64,000 nt of DNA from Promethearchaeota archaeon (GCA_019058365.1 JAHPZE010000020.1:1-64000); one strand, 5' to 3'. Counted from the stretch's first letter, positions 19,713 to 29,965 are shown. Notes: generated by a model not told the origin, from the sequence alone. Made by a program: numbers and translations.

Positions 19713-20960
19713 ATGCCTTTTGACTACATGCCTTGGTGGGATAAAGAAACTAAAGAATTTGCTGATGAGGTTGAAAATTTTTGTGATACTGAACTGGTTC
19801 CTCGAACAACAAAGCTGTTAGAACAAAATAAAGATCCAATGGAAATCCAATGGAGTGCTTCAAAACTGTGTGTAGAAAAGGGGTTCCATCCTTTAATGGT
19901 TTTAGCGGAGAAAGAATATGGTGGGCGCGACAAAGGTTATGCTGGATATACCATTCTCAATGAAGAAATTGGCCGATCAAACTTAAATGTCAATCCATTA
20001 CTAACGAGTGTTTTTGGTGCTGGTCCAGTACATTTATTTGGGACAAACGTTCAGAAGAAGAAATTTTTAGAACCAATTGTTAAGGGGGAGAAATGGGCTT
20101 CGATTACAGTAACTGAACCTGATGTTGGCAATGACGCTGCTGGGATTCAACTCCACGCTGAGGAAGATGGTGATGAATGGGTTTTAAATGGCTGGAAGCG
20201 TTACATTACTCTCGGTGCGATTTCTGATTATCATATGCTTTATGCTAATAGTGATCCCGAAATGAAGAGAATACACAGGCATCTCACAGCATTTCTAGTA
20301 CCAACAGATACTCCGGGTATTTCTGTAGAAAAAATTAATGATTTAATTGGAGATGTCGAAATGGCAAACTCTGTAATAAGATACCATAACGTGCGAGTAC
20401 CAAAAGAAAATATGATATTAGATCCCGGCGATGGATGGACAGTCATGACAAGTGCACTAAATATTGAAAGATTAGGAATTGCTGCTGTAGTGGGTTCATC
20501 TAAAAATTTATTAGAAACTGCTCGGGCTTATGGTCGTAGAAGAGTTCAGTTTGGGTCCCCTATTTCTCGCTATAATGGAGTTCAATTAAGAATGGCCAAT
20601 ATTAGTATGAAAATGCATCTTATTAGAGTGTATATATATTATTTAGCACATTTATTAGATACTGGCGAAGCTGATATGTTCTCTTTTGCTCTGAAATCTT
20701 CAACTGCAAAAATTTTTGGAACTCAATCATTAACAGAAATGGCTTTAGATGCTCTTTTTATTGTTGGTGGTGATGGATACCTTCAAGAAACGGGGATTGG
20801 TGGCATATTAAAAAATGGAGCATTAATGCAAATAGCAGGTGGGTCAAATGACATATTGAAATTATTTATTGGTAGACAAGAATTCAAACAAGATGTTGAT
20901 GAACGTATGCTAACTCCATCCGTTAGGGGTCCAACAAAAGAAGAAGCTGATAAATTATAA
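19713..20960 (+). CDS. Acyl-CoA dehydrogenase
   Basis: TEPDVGND, LNGWKRYIT, LNIERL, RVQFG, GGDGY, IAGGSNDI; catalytic Glu apparently at the isovaleryl-/long-chain ACAD position. Confidence 0.93.
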   Translation: MPFDYMPWWDKETKEFADEVENFCDTELVPRTTKLLEQNKDPMEIQWSASKLCVEKGFHPLMVLAEKEYGGRDKGYAGYTILNEEIGRSNLNVNPLLTSVFGAGPVHLFGTNVQKKKFLEPIVKGEKWASITVTEPDVGNDAAGIQLHAEEDGDEWVLNGWKRYITLGAISDYHMLYANSDPEMKRIHRHLTAFLVPTDTPGISVEKINDLIGDVEMANSVIRYHNVRVPKENMILDPGDGWTVMTSALNIERLGIAAVVGSSKNLLETARAYGRRRVQFGSPISRYNGVQLRMANISMKMHLIRVYIYYLAHLLDTGEADMFSFALKSSTAKIFGTQSLTEMALDALFIVGGDGYLQETGIGGILKNGALMQIAGGSNDILKLFIGRQEFKQDVDERMLTPSVRGPTKEEADKL

Positions 20961-20983
20961 ATAAATTATAGAGGTAAATTTGA

Positions 20984-21784
20984 ATGGCAAAATATAAAGA
21001 AATTAAGTATGAAGTGAAAGATGAGGTTGGAATAATAACTATAGATCGACCAGAAAGAAGAAATGCTTTATGTAGAGATGTTTGGGCAAGTATTGGGCAA
21101 GTATTATCAGATACTTGGGATGACATAAACGTAAGAGTTATTATATTGACAGGAAATGACGATGAATATAAGGGAGGTCGTGCTTTTTCAGCTGGCTTAG
21201 ATATAAAAGAGATGTCTTCTACAGGTTTTACGAATCTAGGAGATTTTCTTGGTATTTTACTCGATCCTTGTGAGTTAATGGCACGTTATCCAAAACCTAT
21301 AATAGCTGCTATAAATGGTTATGCATATGCTGGAGGGCTTGAACTTACATTATGGTGTGATTGTGCCATTGCTGCTGATGACGCAGTAATGGGTTTTTGG
21401 GAAAATCGAAGAGGTTTAGCGAGTGGTGTTGCATTCCTATTACTTCCCGAATTGATTGGAATGCGTTATACTAAGGAACTACTATTAACTGGTAAAATTA
21501 TTTCCTCAGATGAAGCCCATAGGATGGGTTTAGTTAATCAAGTAGTTCCCCATAATGAATTAATGAATACTGCGATGGAGATGGCAGAAGGAATGAAAAA
21601 AGTTGCCCCATTAAGCCACAAATGGACTAAAAAATGGTTTCAACAAGGATACCATTATACGAGAACTAGAGCGATTGGCAGTTTATGGGAACCATTCCAA
21701 GAATTATTCCATAGTGAAGATGTTATTGAAGGTTTTACGTCTTTCATGGAGGGGAATAGAGAACCAAAATGGAAGGGAAAATAA
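20984..21784 (+). CDS. Enoyl-CoA hydratase/isomerase (crotonase family)
   Basis: RPERRNAL, AFSAGLD, AINGYAYAGGLEL. Confidence 0.92.
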   Translation: MAKYKEIKYEVKDEVGIITIDRPERRNALCRDVWASIGQVLSDTWDDINVRVIILTGNDDEYKGGRAFSAGLDIKEMSSTGFTNLGDFLGILLDPCELMARYPKPIIAAINGYAYAGGLELTLWCDCAIAADDAVMGFWENRRGLASGVAFLLLPELIGMRYTKELLLTGKIISSDEAHRMGLVNQVVPHNELMNTAMEMAEGMKKVAPLSHKWTKKWFQQGYHYTRTRAIGSLWEPFQELFHSEDVIEGFTSFMEGNREPKWKGK

Positions 21785-21829
21785 TTAGATTTTTTTTTAA
21801 TAAAAGTAAAAAAGTAGGAGGTAAGAATA

Positions 21830-22159
21830 ATGGTAGATGAAGAATTAGTTGAAGGTATTAAAAAGATGGTTAGTAAGTTGGATGATCCTGCATATCAAGA
21901 AAGATTCGCAGATTTTAATAAAACTTTACAATTCAATTTTACTGATACAAACAATTACTATCTTGTTTTTAAGGATGCTAAATGTGAAATTAAAGAGGGT
22001 GAAATTGAAGAACCTGACATAACTATAACAACCCAAAGTGAAGTTATTATTGATATCATGGATGGCGAATTAAGTCCAACAAAAGCGTTTATGGGTGGTA
22101 AACTAAAGGCCAAGGGTCCTATGTCAGACATGCTTAAAATGCAAATGTTAATGAAATAG
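21830..22159 (+). CDS. SCP2 sterol/lipid-binding domain protein
   Basis: PDITI...GELSPTKAFMGGKLKAKG; strong AGGAGGT RBS. Confidence 0.9.
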   Translation: MVDEELVEGIKKMVSKLDDPAYQERFADFNKTLQFNFTDTNNYYLVFKDAKCEIKEGEIEEPDITITTQSEVIIDIMDGELSPTKAFMGGKLKAKGPMSDMLKMQMLMK

Positions 22160-22227
22160 AATCTTAAATATATTAAAATATTTTTTTTTCATTTTATATT
22201 AAAATAAAACTAAATAAGGTTTAAGAA

Positions 22228-23046
22228 ATGGAATTCAAATATATTTTATTTGAACTTAAAAATAATGTAAGTATTATCACTTTCAATAGAGAATATAAAT
22301 TAAATGCCATAAATGGCAAAATGTTTGATGAAATATATGATGCTTTAGACGAAATCACTAATAATAGAGAAATTCGAGCAGCAATTATTACTGGAAAAGG
22401 TCGTGCTTTTTCAACGGGAGGAGATTTTAATCAAGCAAGCCAAGGGATGGCAGGAGATGTAGATACTGTTGAAGATGGAGGAAAGATGCAATCAGGAGAA
22501 CTAGAAATTGATGTTTCTCAAAAAAGAACAGTGTTAAAGTTACAAAGAACACCTAAACCCATAATAGCTGCTATAAATGGATTAGCTTTAGGAGGCGGGT
22601 TAAATATTGCGCTAAATTGTGATTTAATATATGCTGCAGATAATGCTGAACTTGGCACTTTTTTTATGAAGAGAGCGATCATTCCTGAGATGTCTTCCAC
22701 CTACATTCTCCCCAGAATAGTAGGAATACATAAAGCGAAAGAATTGATCTTTTTCGGTGATAGATTTAGTGCTCAGGAAGCTTTAAACATAGGATTAATC
22801 AATGGAGTTTTTCCCGCTCAGGAATTTATGGATAGAGTAATAGAAGTTGCTGAAAGGTTAGCAAAGGGCCCTACTTATTCGATCGGATTAGCAAAGTTAA
22901 CTGTTAATAAACTCCTTGAAGATAAAACAATACAAGCACTTGATAATGAAGCTGATGCCTTGTTTAAAGCATTTGATTCAGAAGATTTTACTGAAGGATT
23001 ATTAGCATTTTTTGAAAAAAGAGATCCTAACTTTTTAGGTCGTTAA
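22228..23046 (+). CDS. Enoyl-CoA hydratase/isomerase (crotonase family)
   Basis: LNAI, AFSTGGD, AINGLALGGG, AFFEKRDPNF. Confidence 0.92.
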   Translation: MEFKYILFELKNNVSIITFNREYKLNAINGKMFDEIYDALDEITNNREIRAAIITGKGRAFSTGGDFNQASQGMAGDVDTVEDGGKMQSGELEIDVSQKRTVLKLQRTPKPIIAAINGLALGGGLNIALNCDLIYAADNAELGTFFMKRAIIPEMSSTYILPRIVGIHKAKELIFFGDRFSAQEALNIGLINGVFPAQEFMDRVIEVAERLAKGPTYSIGLAKLTVNKLLEDKTIQALDNEADALFKAFDSEDFTEGLLAFFEKRDPNFLGR

Positions 23047-23068
23047 TTAAATATCTTGTGATTTAAAA

Positions 23069-23491
23069 ATGGAAAAGGGAAAAGCAAAAAGATTATTGAA
23101 GATTTTCAGCTTGATTGGAGGGATCTATGAGGTTTTATTTGGAATATTAATGATATTTTTTATCATACCTTTATTAAATTTATTAGGATCAAATATTCTT
23201 CAATTAGAATATCCAATTTTTTCTCAAACTGGAGGGTTATTAGCAATAATTGTGGGTTTAATCTTGATTTTCTCATCTCTAAATATTGAAAAATATTTGT
23301 TAAATATCATTTTAATAACATTCTTACGTTTTGCAATTCAGGTTATAATTATACCTAATATGATATTGAATCCTGAGATTGCAATCGGTTTATTATTATT
23401 TGGATTAATGGATATTATATTTGCCCTAATTACTATTTATTTAATGAGAATAGCAAATTTATCATTTAATATCTTTAAAGTTGTACAATAA
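23069..23491 (+). CDS. Hypothetical 4-TM membrane protein within the acyl-CoA operon
   Basis: Hydrophobic ORF co-oriented with, and tightly spaced between, neighbours. Confidence 0.7.
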   Translation: MEKGKAKRLLKIFSLIGGIYEVLFGILMIFFIIPLLNLLGSNILQLEYPIFSQTGGLLAIIVGLILIFSSLNIEKYLLNIILITFLRFAIQVIIIPNMILNPEIAIGLLLFGLMDIIFALITIYLMRIANLSFNIFKVVQ

Positions 23492-24218
23492 GGAGGGCAT
23501 TAAAATTACACAATCAAATAAAATTTTAAACGATATTTTGGCAGAGAATAGACATTTTTTAATGGAACATGAAAGTAAGAATCTTCTTTCTGTATACGGT
23601 ATTCCGGTTGGAAAATATAAGAATACAAAAACATTAAGTGAAGCTATAGAATTTGCAAACGAAATTGGATATCCGGTTGTTGCTAAATTAATGAGTCCAG
23701 ATATAGTACACAAAACAGATGCTAAAGTTATTAGATTAAATATTAAATCTGAAGATGAGTTAATTCAAGCGTATGAGGAAGTAATTGCAAATGGAAAAGA
23801 TTACAAATCAGATGCTGAAGTTATTGGAGTAAATATCCAAAAAATGGCTAAAAAAGGTATTGCTGAGATTATTATAGGGGGTATACGAGATAAAAATTTC
23901 GGACCAGTTCTTATGTTCGGATTTGGAGGAATTTTTGTTGAGATTTTTAAAGATGTGTCATACAGAGTTTGTCCTATTACAAAGGAAGAAATAAATAGGA
24001 TGATTCGAAGTATTAAAGCTTTTCCCTTATTGAATGGATATCGTGGACAACCTAAGGGGGATATTAATGAACTTATTGATATTATGCTAAAATGCTGCGA
24101 TCTTTTAATGAAAAATCCTGAAATAATTGAACTTGATTTAAATCCTGTAATTGTATTTGAAGTTGGTAAAGGAATAATGGTTGTAGATGCTAGAATTATT
24201 CTAAAGGAGGTCAATTAG
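23481..24218 (+). CDS. acdB: ADP-forming acetate/acyl-CoA ligase beta (ATP-grasp) subunit
   Basis: IGYPVVAK...HKTD, FGPVLMFGFGG, ELDLNP, VDAR; the start may be ATT 23505 behind AGGAGG. Confidence 0.88.
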   Translation: MYNKEGIKITQSNKILNDILAENRHFLMEHESKNLLSVYGIPVGKYKNTKTLSEAIEFANEIGYPVVAKLMSPDIVHKTDAKVIRLNIKSEDELIQAYEEVIANGKDYKSDAEVIGVNIQKMAKKGIAEIIIGGIRDKNFGPVLMFGFGGIFVEIFKDVSYRVCPITKEEINRMIRSIKAFPLLNGYRGQPKGDINELIDIMLKCCDLLMKNPEIIELDLNPVIVFEVGKGIMVVDARIILKEVN

Positions 24219-24219
24219 A

Positions 24220-25680
24220 ATGTCTAAACTAGCAGAATTTGAAGGATTTTTTAATCCGAAATCAGTCGCATTCTACGGTGCTTCTAATATAATGCAAAAA
24301 TTTGGAAGTATTCATCTTACGAATTTATTATCTGCGGGATTTCAAGGTAAGGTGATTCCTATTCATCCAAAAGAGGAAGAAATTTTGGGCTTTAAAGCAT
24401 ATAAAAATATAAAAGACATTCCCGAGCAAGTAGATTTAGCAGTATTGGCAATTAATCCACAATTAATTAATATTATTCTTGAGGATTGTGGTCAAAAAGG
24501 AGTGAAGCACGTTATTATCTTATCTGGAGGGTTTCTCGAAGTAGGAAATAAAGAGGCTCAAGATAAAATGAAAAAGATTGCTGAAAAATATGATATTAAA
24601 ATCATGGGACCTAATTGTTCCGGTGAAGTAGTTACCCCTAATGTTAATATAACTCATGTACCATGGCCTCCAAGAAAAGGAGGTGTATCGATTGTCTCAC
24701 AATCGGGAACGTATGCTGTTCAACCATTAATCGCTATCAATTCAAAAATAGGATTAGGGATTTCAAAAATAATTTCTGTCGGTAATGAAGTTAATACCGA
24801 TCTAGTCGATTATTTAGAAGTTTTTGAAGAAGATGACGAAACTACAAGTATAGGAATTTACTTTGAGGCAGTTAGAAGAGGAAAAGAATTTATCGAATTA
24901 TTAGATAGGATTAACCAGAAAAAACCTATAGTAATAATACCAATTGGACAAACAGAAGCAGGAACACGATCAGCAAAATCTCATACAGCAGCAATTACAT
25001 CTCCTGGTTATGTTATAGATTCTGTATGTGAACAGACAGGAGTAATAAAAGTTAAAAATAGCATAGATATGTTAAATTTACTTAATGCATTCGATTCACT
25101 CCCTCTTCCTAAAGGAAATCGGGTGGCGATTCTTACAATGGGAGGAGGTCCAGGTACTTTAATGTCAGACCTATTTGAAAATAATGGAATGCAAGTTCCA
25201 ATGCTAAGTAAAGAATTACAAATGAAACTGAAACCATGGATGCCGGAAACCGCTTCAACAATAAACCCAATTGATCTAACATATTCAGATGATATGCAAA
25301 ATTTCTTAAATGTATTACCCGAAATTCTATTAAAAAGTGATGAAATTGATTCCCTTATTTTTTATGGCCTTATGGGAACAGAATATTTTAAGCGCTTAGT
25401 AAATGTACCAGATTTTATGAGAGAACATGAGAGTGTTGTTACCATGAAAAATTTTGGAGATATGATGGAAGATTTTTTTGTAGCTCTTTTTGATGAGATA
25501 ATTGAATATAAAGAAAAATATCAAAAACCTATTATATTAACTTGCTATAATACCAGAGAAGAAAAATTTGTAGCCTACTTACAAGATCATGGAATTCCTG
25601 TTTATTATCCTGAAGAAGGAGTATGGACTTTAATAAGAATGTGGCAATATGCTAAATTTTTAAAAACAAAAAATAAATAA
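24220..25680 (+). CDS. acdA: ADP-forming acetate/acyl-CoA ligase alpha (CoA-binding) subunit
   Basis: FNPKSVAFYGAS, GPNC, SQSG, SVGN, phospho-His SHT, NPID. Confidence 0.88.
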   Translation: MSKLAEFEGFFNPKSVAFYGASNIMQKFGSIHLTNLLSAGFQGKVIPIHPKEEEILGFKAYKNIKDIPEQVDLAVLAINPQLINIILEDCGQKGVKHVIILSGGFLEVGNKEAQDKMKKIAEKYDIKIMGPNCSGEVVTPNVNITHVPWPPRKGGVSIVSQSGTYAVQPLIAINSKIGLGISKIISVGNEVNTDLVDYLEVFEEDDETTSIGIYFEAVRRGKEFIELLDRINQKKPIVIIPIGQTEAGTRSAKSHTAAITSPGYVIDSVCEQTGVIKVKNSIDMLNLLNAFDSLPLPKGNRVAILTMGGGPGTLMSDLFENNGMQVPMLSKELQMKLKPWMPETASTINPIDLTYSDDMQNFLNVLPEILLKSDEIDSLIFYGLMGTEYFKRLVNVPDFMREHESVVTMKNFGDMMEDFFVALFDEIIEYKEKYQKPIILTCYNTREEKFVAYLQDHGIPVYYPEEGVWTLIRMWQYAKFLKTKNK

Positions 25681-25709
25681 TTTTTTTTTATGCTTTTTTC
25701 TGTATTGTA

Positions 25710-26516
25710 TCAGTTTAAACCTTTAACTTTCCTAAGCTTACGTGGAGCAGTACGATAAAACTTTACATCAGGATACCCGAGTGTAATTACACCAACTTTT
25801 TTACCACGTATCTTTGCTATTTTCATTATTTTTGGATTGAGTTCCATTGCAATCTGGGTCCAACCATTCCAACATGTTCCTAATCCAAGAGTTTGTGCCG
25901 CTAATCTTCCATATGTAATAAGATTTGCTATGTTATTAGACTCAAATTCTAAATCCAACGAAGAGTACACTAAAATAACATGAGGTGCATCATAAAAGAT
26001 TGGCGCATCAAACTCCTTTGCGAGATCTGAAAACCTTTGTCCATATGTTTCTTTTAATGAAGAATTTTTAAAAAATTCTTCTTGGACTGCATCAGAAAGC
26101 ATCTTGATTTCTTCTGGATTAGAGATAATTCTTATAGATTGGGTCTTCATATTACTAGCAGTAGGGGCATATGACATTGTTGCGACAACTTTTTCTAATA
26201 AATCTGTGGGAACTTTATCTTTTTTATAATGGCGAATGGATCGATGAGCTTGGACAAACTTTAAAAGATTTTGATAACTTAAAATATTTTCAGGATTATT
26301 CACATCTTCAAAAGTATAGGATTCTCCAATATCTTCATATAAAATAGCATCTTCAGGACATCTAGCAATGCAATGACCGCATAATATACATTGATTCTTA
26401 GGATCCTGAAATTCAATTTTCTCTTTCTCAAATTCCAGAAATAAAGCTCCTCCGCATGCTTTTATACAATTGTGACAAATTATACATGTTTCATAATCAA
26501 TTCCTAAAATAGGCAT
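25710..26516 (-). CDS. Nitroreductase family protein with an N-terminal 4Fe-4S domain
   Basis: CxxCxxCxxxC twice; RSIRHY, APTASN, LGLGTCW, LGYP. Confidence 0.9.
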   Translation of the reverse strand: MPILGIDYETCIICHNCIKACGGALFLEFEKEKIEFQDPKNQCILCGHCIARCPEDAILYEDIGESYTFEDVNNPENILSYQNLLKFVQAHRSIRHYKKDKVPTDLLEKVVATMSYAPTASNMKTQSIRIISNPEEIKMLSDAVQEEFFKNSSLKETYGQRFSDLAKEFDAPIFYDAPHVILVYSSLDLEFESNNIANLITYGRLAAQTLGLGTCWNGWTQIAMELNPKIMKIAKIRGKKVGVITLGYPDVKFYRTAPRKLRKVKGLN

Positions 26517-26687
26517 TATTTTTCCTCATTTTAGCATTTTATATTATAATATATCAAAAATGCATTTTTTATCAAATTATTTGTTTTCATCACAAACTTT
26601 CTGTTTTTAAATCCTAATAATAAATTCTGTAAATAGAACAACTCTATTTTGATATTATATTAAAGAAAGTGAGAATTATAATCAATT

Positions 26688-26825
26688 ATGCTGAAAAAGT
26701 GTTCTAATTGTGGTATGATTCGATCAACAAAAGACTTAGTACTAATGGAAGATGGATTTTACATTTGTTTCTCTTGTTGGAATAATTATAGCCGAGAAAA
26801 AAGCAAAGATATCAAGGAGGAGTGA
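26688..26825 (+). CDS. 45-aa zinc-finger microprotein (absent from the ORF track)
   Basis: MLKKCSNCGMIRSTKDLVLMEDGFYICFSCWNNYSREKSKDIKEE*: two CxxC pairs. Confidence 0.75.
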   Translation: MLKKCSNCGMIRSTKDLVLMEDGFYICFSCWNNYSREKSKDIKEE

Positions 26826-26850
26826 ACAATCTAAAATTCTTAATTATTTC

Positions 26851-27072
26851 CTAATCATAGGAAATAAGAAATGTGTATTTTTCAAGATTAAATTTTTTTA
26901 TTTTAATTTCATCTTTTAGTTCTTCTTTTGGAAGAAGAGGTATCTTGATTACTATTTTATAATTATCTAAGTAAAAATTATTATAAAAAACATTCTCAAA
27001 TTTATCCCAATCAATGAATTTTTGTAATGAAATCTGATTGTTTTTTATTGTTGGGAGTAAAGACATAGCCAT
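26851..27072 (-). CDS. Small hypothetical protein
   Basis: 73-aa ORF with ATG start, convergent with the zinc-finger ORF. Confidence 0.55.
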   Translation of the reverse strand: MAMSLLPTIKNNQISLQKFIDWDKFENVFYNNFYLDNYKIVIKIPLLPKEELKDEIKIKKFNLEKYTFLISYD

Positions 27073-27127
27073 TTTTCTAATTTTTACAGATTTTTATTCA
27101 ATTTTAATTTAATTACATAGATTTTAT

Positions 27128-27209
27128 GTGGTTCCTTTTAGAATGCTGAAAATATTCTGAAATAACAAATGGAGGGTTATTTCTGAATGATCGCGTAAAT
27201 TGGCACCAT
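27128..27209 (-). ncRNA. Candidate structured 5' leader or small RNA
   Basis: 13-bp stem with one mismatch (27154-27188) and loop CCUCCAUUU; outer UGGUGCC/GGAACCA pairing; TTTAAA box ~25 nt upstream on the minus strand. Confidence 0.3.
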
Positions 27210-27451
27210 TTATTATATAATAAATTGTATATTTAAATGTTTCTTTAATACTAATTAAAATATAATTTATCCCTTAACACTATCTATGAACTTATTATTA
27301 ATGAGACTTATATCTCTATGTGTTCTTTTTAATAAAAATAACTTTTAAACTGCATTTTATAATATGAATGACAAAATAGTATAAATTTAAAAGCATTATC
27401 AGATAAGTTTTTTAAATCTGATTTTATTAAAATTTAAAAGATATCTGAAAG

Positions 27452-29422
27452 TTGAATATGGGAACTGGTTTTTTTGGAAAAGTTTTATGGGTTAATCTTA
27501 CAGAAGAGAATTTTAAGGAAGAATTATTAACCGGAGATATTTATCGTCAATATCTTGGAGGATATGGATTAGGTGTAAAACTGATTTATGAAAATATGCC
27601 AGCTAATATTGATCCATTAAGTGCTAATTCTGTTTTTGGTTTTTTTCCGGGATTATTAACGGGAACCGCAGCACCATTTTCAGGAAGGTATATGGTAGCA
27701 GGCAAATCTCCTTTAACAAGGACTTGGGGGGATTCTAATAGTGGAGGGACATTTGGCCCTGAGATAAAGAGATGTGGATATGATGCAATTATGATTAAAG
27801 GTGTTGCTAATACACCTAAATATATTTCGATAATTGAGGATCAAAAGAAAATTTTAGATGCTTCAGAGATTTGGGGTTTAGATATAATCGAAACAGAATC
27901 TAAGATGAAGGAAAAACATGGTAAATTTATTAAGGTTGCAGGAATTGGACAAGCTGGTGAAAAATTGTCCTATCTTTCTGGAATTGCTAATGATAAGGGA
28001 AGAATTGCCGCTCGAGCAGGTTTAGGGGCAATATTGGGCTCTAAAAAATTAAAAGCTCTTGTTTTAAAGGGAAATAAGAAAATTTCAATCCATAATCGAG
28101 AAAATTTTTTAGAATTAGTGAAAATCTATAATGAAAGTGGAACAAATGGGGAGCCTAATAAATTAATAAGATCAATCCTTCAAAATGTCCCAAGATTAGC
28201 TAAAACAATTCGCAGATTTAGAATAAAGTTTGCCGGGCCTCCAAAAATGATAAGAGAAATTTATAAATCTTTTGGAACTAGTGTTGCAAATACTCTATCA
28301 GCAGAAACAAACGATTCTCCAATAAAGAACTGGACTGGAATAGGGATGTATGATTTTCCATTTAAAAAATCAAAAAATTTATCTGCAATTGAGATTCAAA
28401 AATATAAAATTAGAGAATATGGATGTTTTAGTTGCCCAGTTCAATGTGGTGGAATTTTAAAAGTTCCAGAAATAAAGCTAGATGAAACATTACTTCCAGA
28501 ATATGAAACATGTTGTTCTTTTGGAGCTCTTTTATTAAATCATGATTTATTTTCAATATTCGAGATAAATGATTTATGTAATAGAGCAGCAATAGATACA
28601 ATATCTACTGGTGCAACTATTGCGTTTGCGATGGAGTGCTTCGAAAATGGAATTTTAACTGAAGAAGATACTGATGGTTTAAAATTAACTTGGGGTAACT
28701 CAAAAGCTATTGTTGAAATGGTAAAAAAAATAATTAATAGGGAAGGAATTGGAGATGTTTTAGCTGATGGAAGTAGAATAGCTTCAGAAAAAATTGGAAA
28801 ACAGTCCGCAGAATATAGTATCACATCTCTAGGTTCAGAAATCGCAATGCATAATCCAAGAGTGTTTCCTTCCTTAGCATTCACTTATAATTATGATCCC
28901 ACACCAGGAAGACATACTGCAGCAAGTATTGATTTTGTTGATATAGGTCCTATTAATAAATTTCAGAAAGGTTTTAAACTACCAAAAGGATGGAGAAAGA
29001 GTGAGAAAAAAAAGCAAATAGGACAAATGTTAGATACTTCTATTCATCAGGTTATAAATAGTGCTGGGCTATGTATGTTTTCAACTTTATTTGGTCCCTA
29101 TCCATTTATCGATCTCATTAACAATTTTGCTGGTTGGAATGTATCTGTAGATGAATTGATAAAAATTGGAGTTAGGATTCAAACTCTTCGTCAAGCATTC
29201 AATTTACGTGAAGGTATAGACATTGTGGGCAATAAACTTCCTGGTAGAGTTACTGGCCACCCTCCAGATAAAAGAGGTCCAACAAAAGGTATATCCGTTG
29301 AGTATAAAGATTTCTATAAAGGATATTGCGGTGAAATGGGTTGGAATCCTGAGAATGGATATCCATTAAAAGAAACTCTTAAAGACCTTGATTTGGAATT
29401 TGTTATTAAGGATTTATATTGA
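27452..29422 (+). CDS. aor: Aldehyde:ferredoxin oxidoreductase family (tungstopterin) protein
   Basis: YLGGYG, KSPLT, GRIAARAGLGA, GSKKLKA, CFSCPVQC, PEYE, IDTIS, GLCMF. Confidence 0.9.
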   Translation: MNMGTGFFGKVLWVNLTEENFKEELLTGDIYRQYLGGYGLGVKLIYENMPANIDPLSANSVFGFFPGLLTGTAAPFSGRYMVAGKSPLTRTWGDSNSGGTFGPEIKRCGYDAIMIKGVANTPKYISIIEDQKKILDASEIWGLDIIETESKMKEKHGKFIKVAGIGQAGEKLSYLSGIANDKGRIAARAGLGAILGSKKLKALVLKGNKKISIHNRENFLELVKIYNESGTNGEPNKLIRSILQNVPRLAKTIRRFRIKFAGPPKMIREIYKSFGTSVANTLSAETNDSPIKNWTGIGMYDFPFKKSKNLSAIEIQKYKIREYGCFSCPVQCGGILKVPEIKLDETLLPEYETCCSFGALLLNHDLFSIFEINDLCNRAAIDTISTGATIAFAMECFENGILTEEDTDGLKLTWGNSKAIVEMVKKIINREGIGDVLADGSRIASEKIGKQSAEYSITSLGSEIAMHNPRVFPSLAFTYNYDPTPGRHTAASIDFVDIGPINKFQKGFKLPKGWRKSEKKKQIGQMLDTSIHQVINSAGLCMFSTLFGPYPFIDLINNFAGWNVSVDELIKIGVRIQTLRQAFNLREGIDIVGNKLPGRVTGHPPDKRGPTKGISVEYKDFYKGYCGEMGWNPENGYPLKETLKDLDLEFVIKDLY

Positions 29423-29494
29423 AGCTATAATTTTTACAAAGTATAATTATTTAGAATTAATAATTTATAAGTAGAAAGAACAACAATTTTAAAA

Positions 29495-29965
29495 ATGCAT
29501 AATTCAGCCCAAACAGACTTGAAATCCTTCATCCAAAATGATATTATTAAAAATATTAAGAAAGTAAGAGGGAAACATGCCCCAATTTCTGAGATTGTTA
29601 ATAATGCTCCTAAAACCTTAATAGTAGAGAAAATTTATGATTTAAGTGAAAATTATAAAAATTTTTTCTTTTTTATTATAAAAAATTATTCTAAAACACC
29701 AAAATTAAGGTATTTTTTAGCTCTTTCACTGGCACACACTAGTTCTGATTTGTTAGTTCAACTTGCAAAGGAATTTACCGTCAAAAATGACTTGAAATTA
29801 ATTCAATATTCAATCTTTCCAAAGACCTTTAGGATTAAATTATTATTACTAAAAGAAATTGAAAAAGTTGAAGATTATACTAATTTTATTGAAAAATTGA
29901 AATCTTTTAGGAGAGAATTTCGATATAAATTAGAACAAGTAAAGAATTTAGTAGAAAATGAATAA
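29495..29965 (+). CDS. Hypothetical protein
   Basis: 156-aa soluble ORF with upstream TTTATAA box; no recognised motif. Confidence 0.65.
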   Translation: MHNSAQTDLKSFIQNDIIKNIKKVRGKHAPISEIVNNAPKTLIVEKIYDLSENYKNFFFFIIKNYSKTPKLRYFLALSLAHTSSDLLVQLAKEFTVKNDLKLIQYSIFPKTFRIKLLLLKEIEKVEDYTNFIEKLKSFRREFRYKLEQVKNLVENE

